This document shows, one piece after another, positions 61,193 through 64,000 of a stretch of 64,000 bases of DNA (within the stretch, counting starts at the first letter, position 1; every line of letters begins with the position of its first letter). The translations under genes and the position numbers were made by a program. This DNA comes from an uncultured cyanobacterium. GTDB lineage: Bacteria > Cyanobacteriota > Cyanobacteriia > Cyanobacteriales > CAWUOF01. The notes beneath the pieces are model-generated. The model searched no databases. It saw nothing but the letters and a program-made list of their open reading frames with translations, and was not told the origin of the DNA. Location: NCBI GenBank assembly GCA_963744145.1, contig CAVUSO010000001.1, positions 256,001 through 320,000 of the forward strand, given 5' to 3'.

Positions 61193-61329
61193 GATTCGAT
61201 CTCCAATATTTATGAGGGAGTGTACTGTATAATAAAAAACTTGTATCTAGGAGGGACTAAGGATGAAGGTGAAGAGATAGTTTTGAGGGTTTTGAAATTT
61301 TATCCTTCACCCTTAGTAGTGTTTCCCTA

Positions 61330-62823
61330 CTATGCTTTGGTTACTTCTTCCTTCTTCCAAGGAGCGCCAATTAATCCCCAAGTTGGACTATTAAGGGCTA
61401 AATCCATATCACGAGCGAAGATAGCGAAACCATCATAACCATGATAAGGACCGGAATAATCCCAAGAGTGCATTTGGCGGAAAGGAAGTGCCATTTTTTG
61501 GAAGACATACTTTTCTTTAATCCCAGAAGCAATCAAATCTGGTTTGAGTTCCTTGACAAAATGCTCGAACTCATAAGCAGAAACGTCATCATAAATTAAG
61601 GTGCCGTTTTCAATGTAATGAGTTGTGCGTTTGTAGTCATCATTGTGACCAAACTCATAACCTGTACCAACTAGCTTCATTCCCAAATCGTGGAAAGCGG
61701 GAACAACGTGACGGGGACGCAAACCACCCACCATTAAAGCGACAGTCTTACCTTCCAAGCGGGAGTAGAATTTGTCAAGAACTGCTTTAGTTTGAGCTTC
61801 GTACTTAGCAATTACTTTCTCAGCATTATCTTGGATGGTTTGGTCAAACTTGCTCGCAATTTCTCGCAGAGATGCAGCGATTTGAGTTGGACCGAAGAAG
61901 TTGTATTCTAACCAGGGAATACCATAAGCTTCTTCCATGTGACGGCTAATATAGTTCATGGAGCGATAGCAGTGAACTAAATTTAGCTTCACGGTTGGAG
62001 TCATCATCATCTCGTGAAGTGTGCCGTCTCCAGACCATTGAGCTACTACTCGTAAACCAATTTCTTCAAGAAGAATCCGGCTCGACCAAGCATCACCACC
62101 GATGTTGTAGTCTCCGATAATTGCGACATCGTAGGGAGTACCTTCAATGCCTAATTCTTTCTTTTTCTTGTTTGCTTGGGGGAAAACCCAATCCCGAACA
62201 GCGTCGTTAGCAATGTGGTGTCCGAGGGATTGAGATACACCCCGGAATCCTTCACAACGTACAGGTACAACAGTTTTGCCAATTTCTTTACTGGCTTTCT
62301 TAGCTACAGCTTCAATGTCGTCTCCAATTAGACCGATCGGACATTCAGACTGAATTGAAACACCTCTATTCAGGGGGAATAATTGATCTAATTCAGTAAT
62401 TAGTTGAGCAAGTTTTTTGTCACCACCAAATACGATGTCTCTTTCTTGGAAATCGGAGGTAAATTGCATTGTGCCAAAGCTATCAATGCCTGTAGTTCCG
62501 ATATAATAATTACGCCGACCAGACCAGGAATAATAACCACAACCGACAGGACCATGACTGATATGAATCATGTCTTTAATTGGTCCCCAGACTACGCCTT
62601 TTGATCCAGCGTAAGCGCAACCGCGTGTAGTCATGGAGCCAGGAACAGATTTAATATTAGATTTAACACCGCAGTCCGACTTACCTTCTTCAAAGACGTT
62701 GAGATGTTTTTCCCGTTTTTTCTTGGCTTTATCAGGGTAAACTTCTAGGGCTTCTTTGATCAGTTCTTTTCTTTCTTCAATTAATTCTTTGGGATCAACT
62801 GTGGGGGATTCAATAGGAGTCAT
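61330..62823 (-). CDS. nifD: Nitrogenase MoFe protein alpha chain
   Basis: [42 protein letters not shown]. Confidence 0.98.
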   Translation of the reverse strand: MTPIESPTVDPKELIEERKELIKEALEVYPDKAKKKREKHLNVFEEGKSDCGVKSNIKSVPGSMTTRGCAYAGSKGVVWGPIKDMIHISHGPVGCGYYSWSGRRNYYIGTTGIDSFGTMQFTSDFQERDIVFGGDKKLAQLITELDQLFPLNRGVSIQSECPIGLIGDDIEAVAKKASKEIGKTVVPVRCEGFRGVSQSLGHHIANDAVRDWVFPQANKKKKELGIEGTPYDVAIIGDYNIGGDAWSSRILLEEIGLRVVAQWSGDGTLHEMMMTPTVKLNLVHCYRSMNYISRHMEEAYGIPWLEYNFFGPTQIAASLREIASKFDQTIQDNAEKVIAKYEAQTKAVLDKFYSRLEGKTVALMVGGLRPRHVVPAFHDLGMKLVGTGYEFGHNDDYKRTTHYIENGTLIYDDVSAYEFEHFVKELKPDLIASGIKEKYVFQKMALPFRQMHSWDYSGPYHGYDGFAIFARDMDLALNSPTWGLIGAPWKKEEVTKA

Positions 62824-62942
62824 CAGTCTGCCTCTTTAGAGTGAGTAGGGAATAAAAAATAGAGAATAGGGGAATAGGTGTTAGGTTTAGATCAGGAAAT
62901 ATTCCTTCTTGTTTCTCTCCCCTATCCCCTAATTACTAGGGT

Positions 62943-63911
<969 letters not shown>

Positions 63912-64000
63912 TCAGACTGAAGTCTCAATTTGAGGAAATTGGAGTCTGAAACTTATCTACATCGGTGGAGGACGTACCTCTTGCTCGCTTTTTTCTTTCA

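Overview
Cyanobacterial chromosome segment (frequent HIP1 GCGATCGC sites, group-2 sigma factor, GUN4/Uma2/XisHI families). The right end (49.7-64 kb) holds an uninterrupted Mo-nitrogenase cluster on the minus strand: nifHDK, orf, nifENX, two orfs, nifW, hesAB, fdxH, fdxB, then mop and a modBC fusion. The middle is mostly housekeeping or signalling genes. The left end (4-16.5 kb) is an accessory/defence-like region with a frameshifted orphan hsdM, several intact and decayed toxin-antitoxin or toxin-immunity modules, and an apparently HIP1-free cassette: HTH <- -> adenylate kinase, KAP-family NTPase and two four-CBS proteins. That cassette is the best candidate for an undescribed adenylate-sensing system. 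Two other signals stand out. Two tandem kinase-GUN4 genes have A-depleted variable tails ending in a shared nucleotide anchor read in different frames, which suggests targeted diversification. A 24-bp element appears to insert recursively into itself, giving balanced A^nB^n arrays. All family assignments come from motif recognition by eye; no searches were run.
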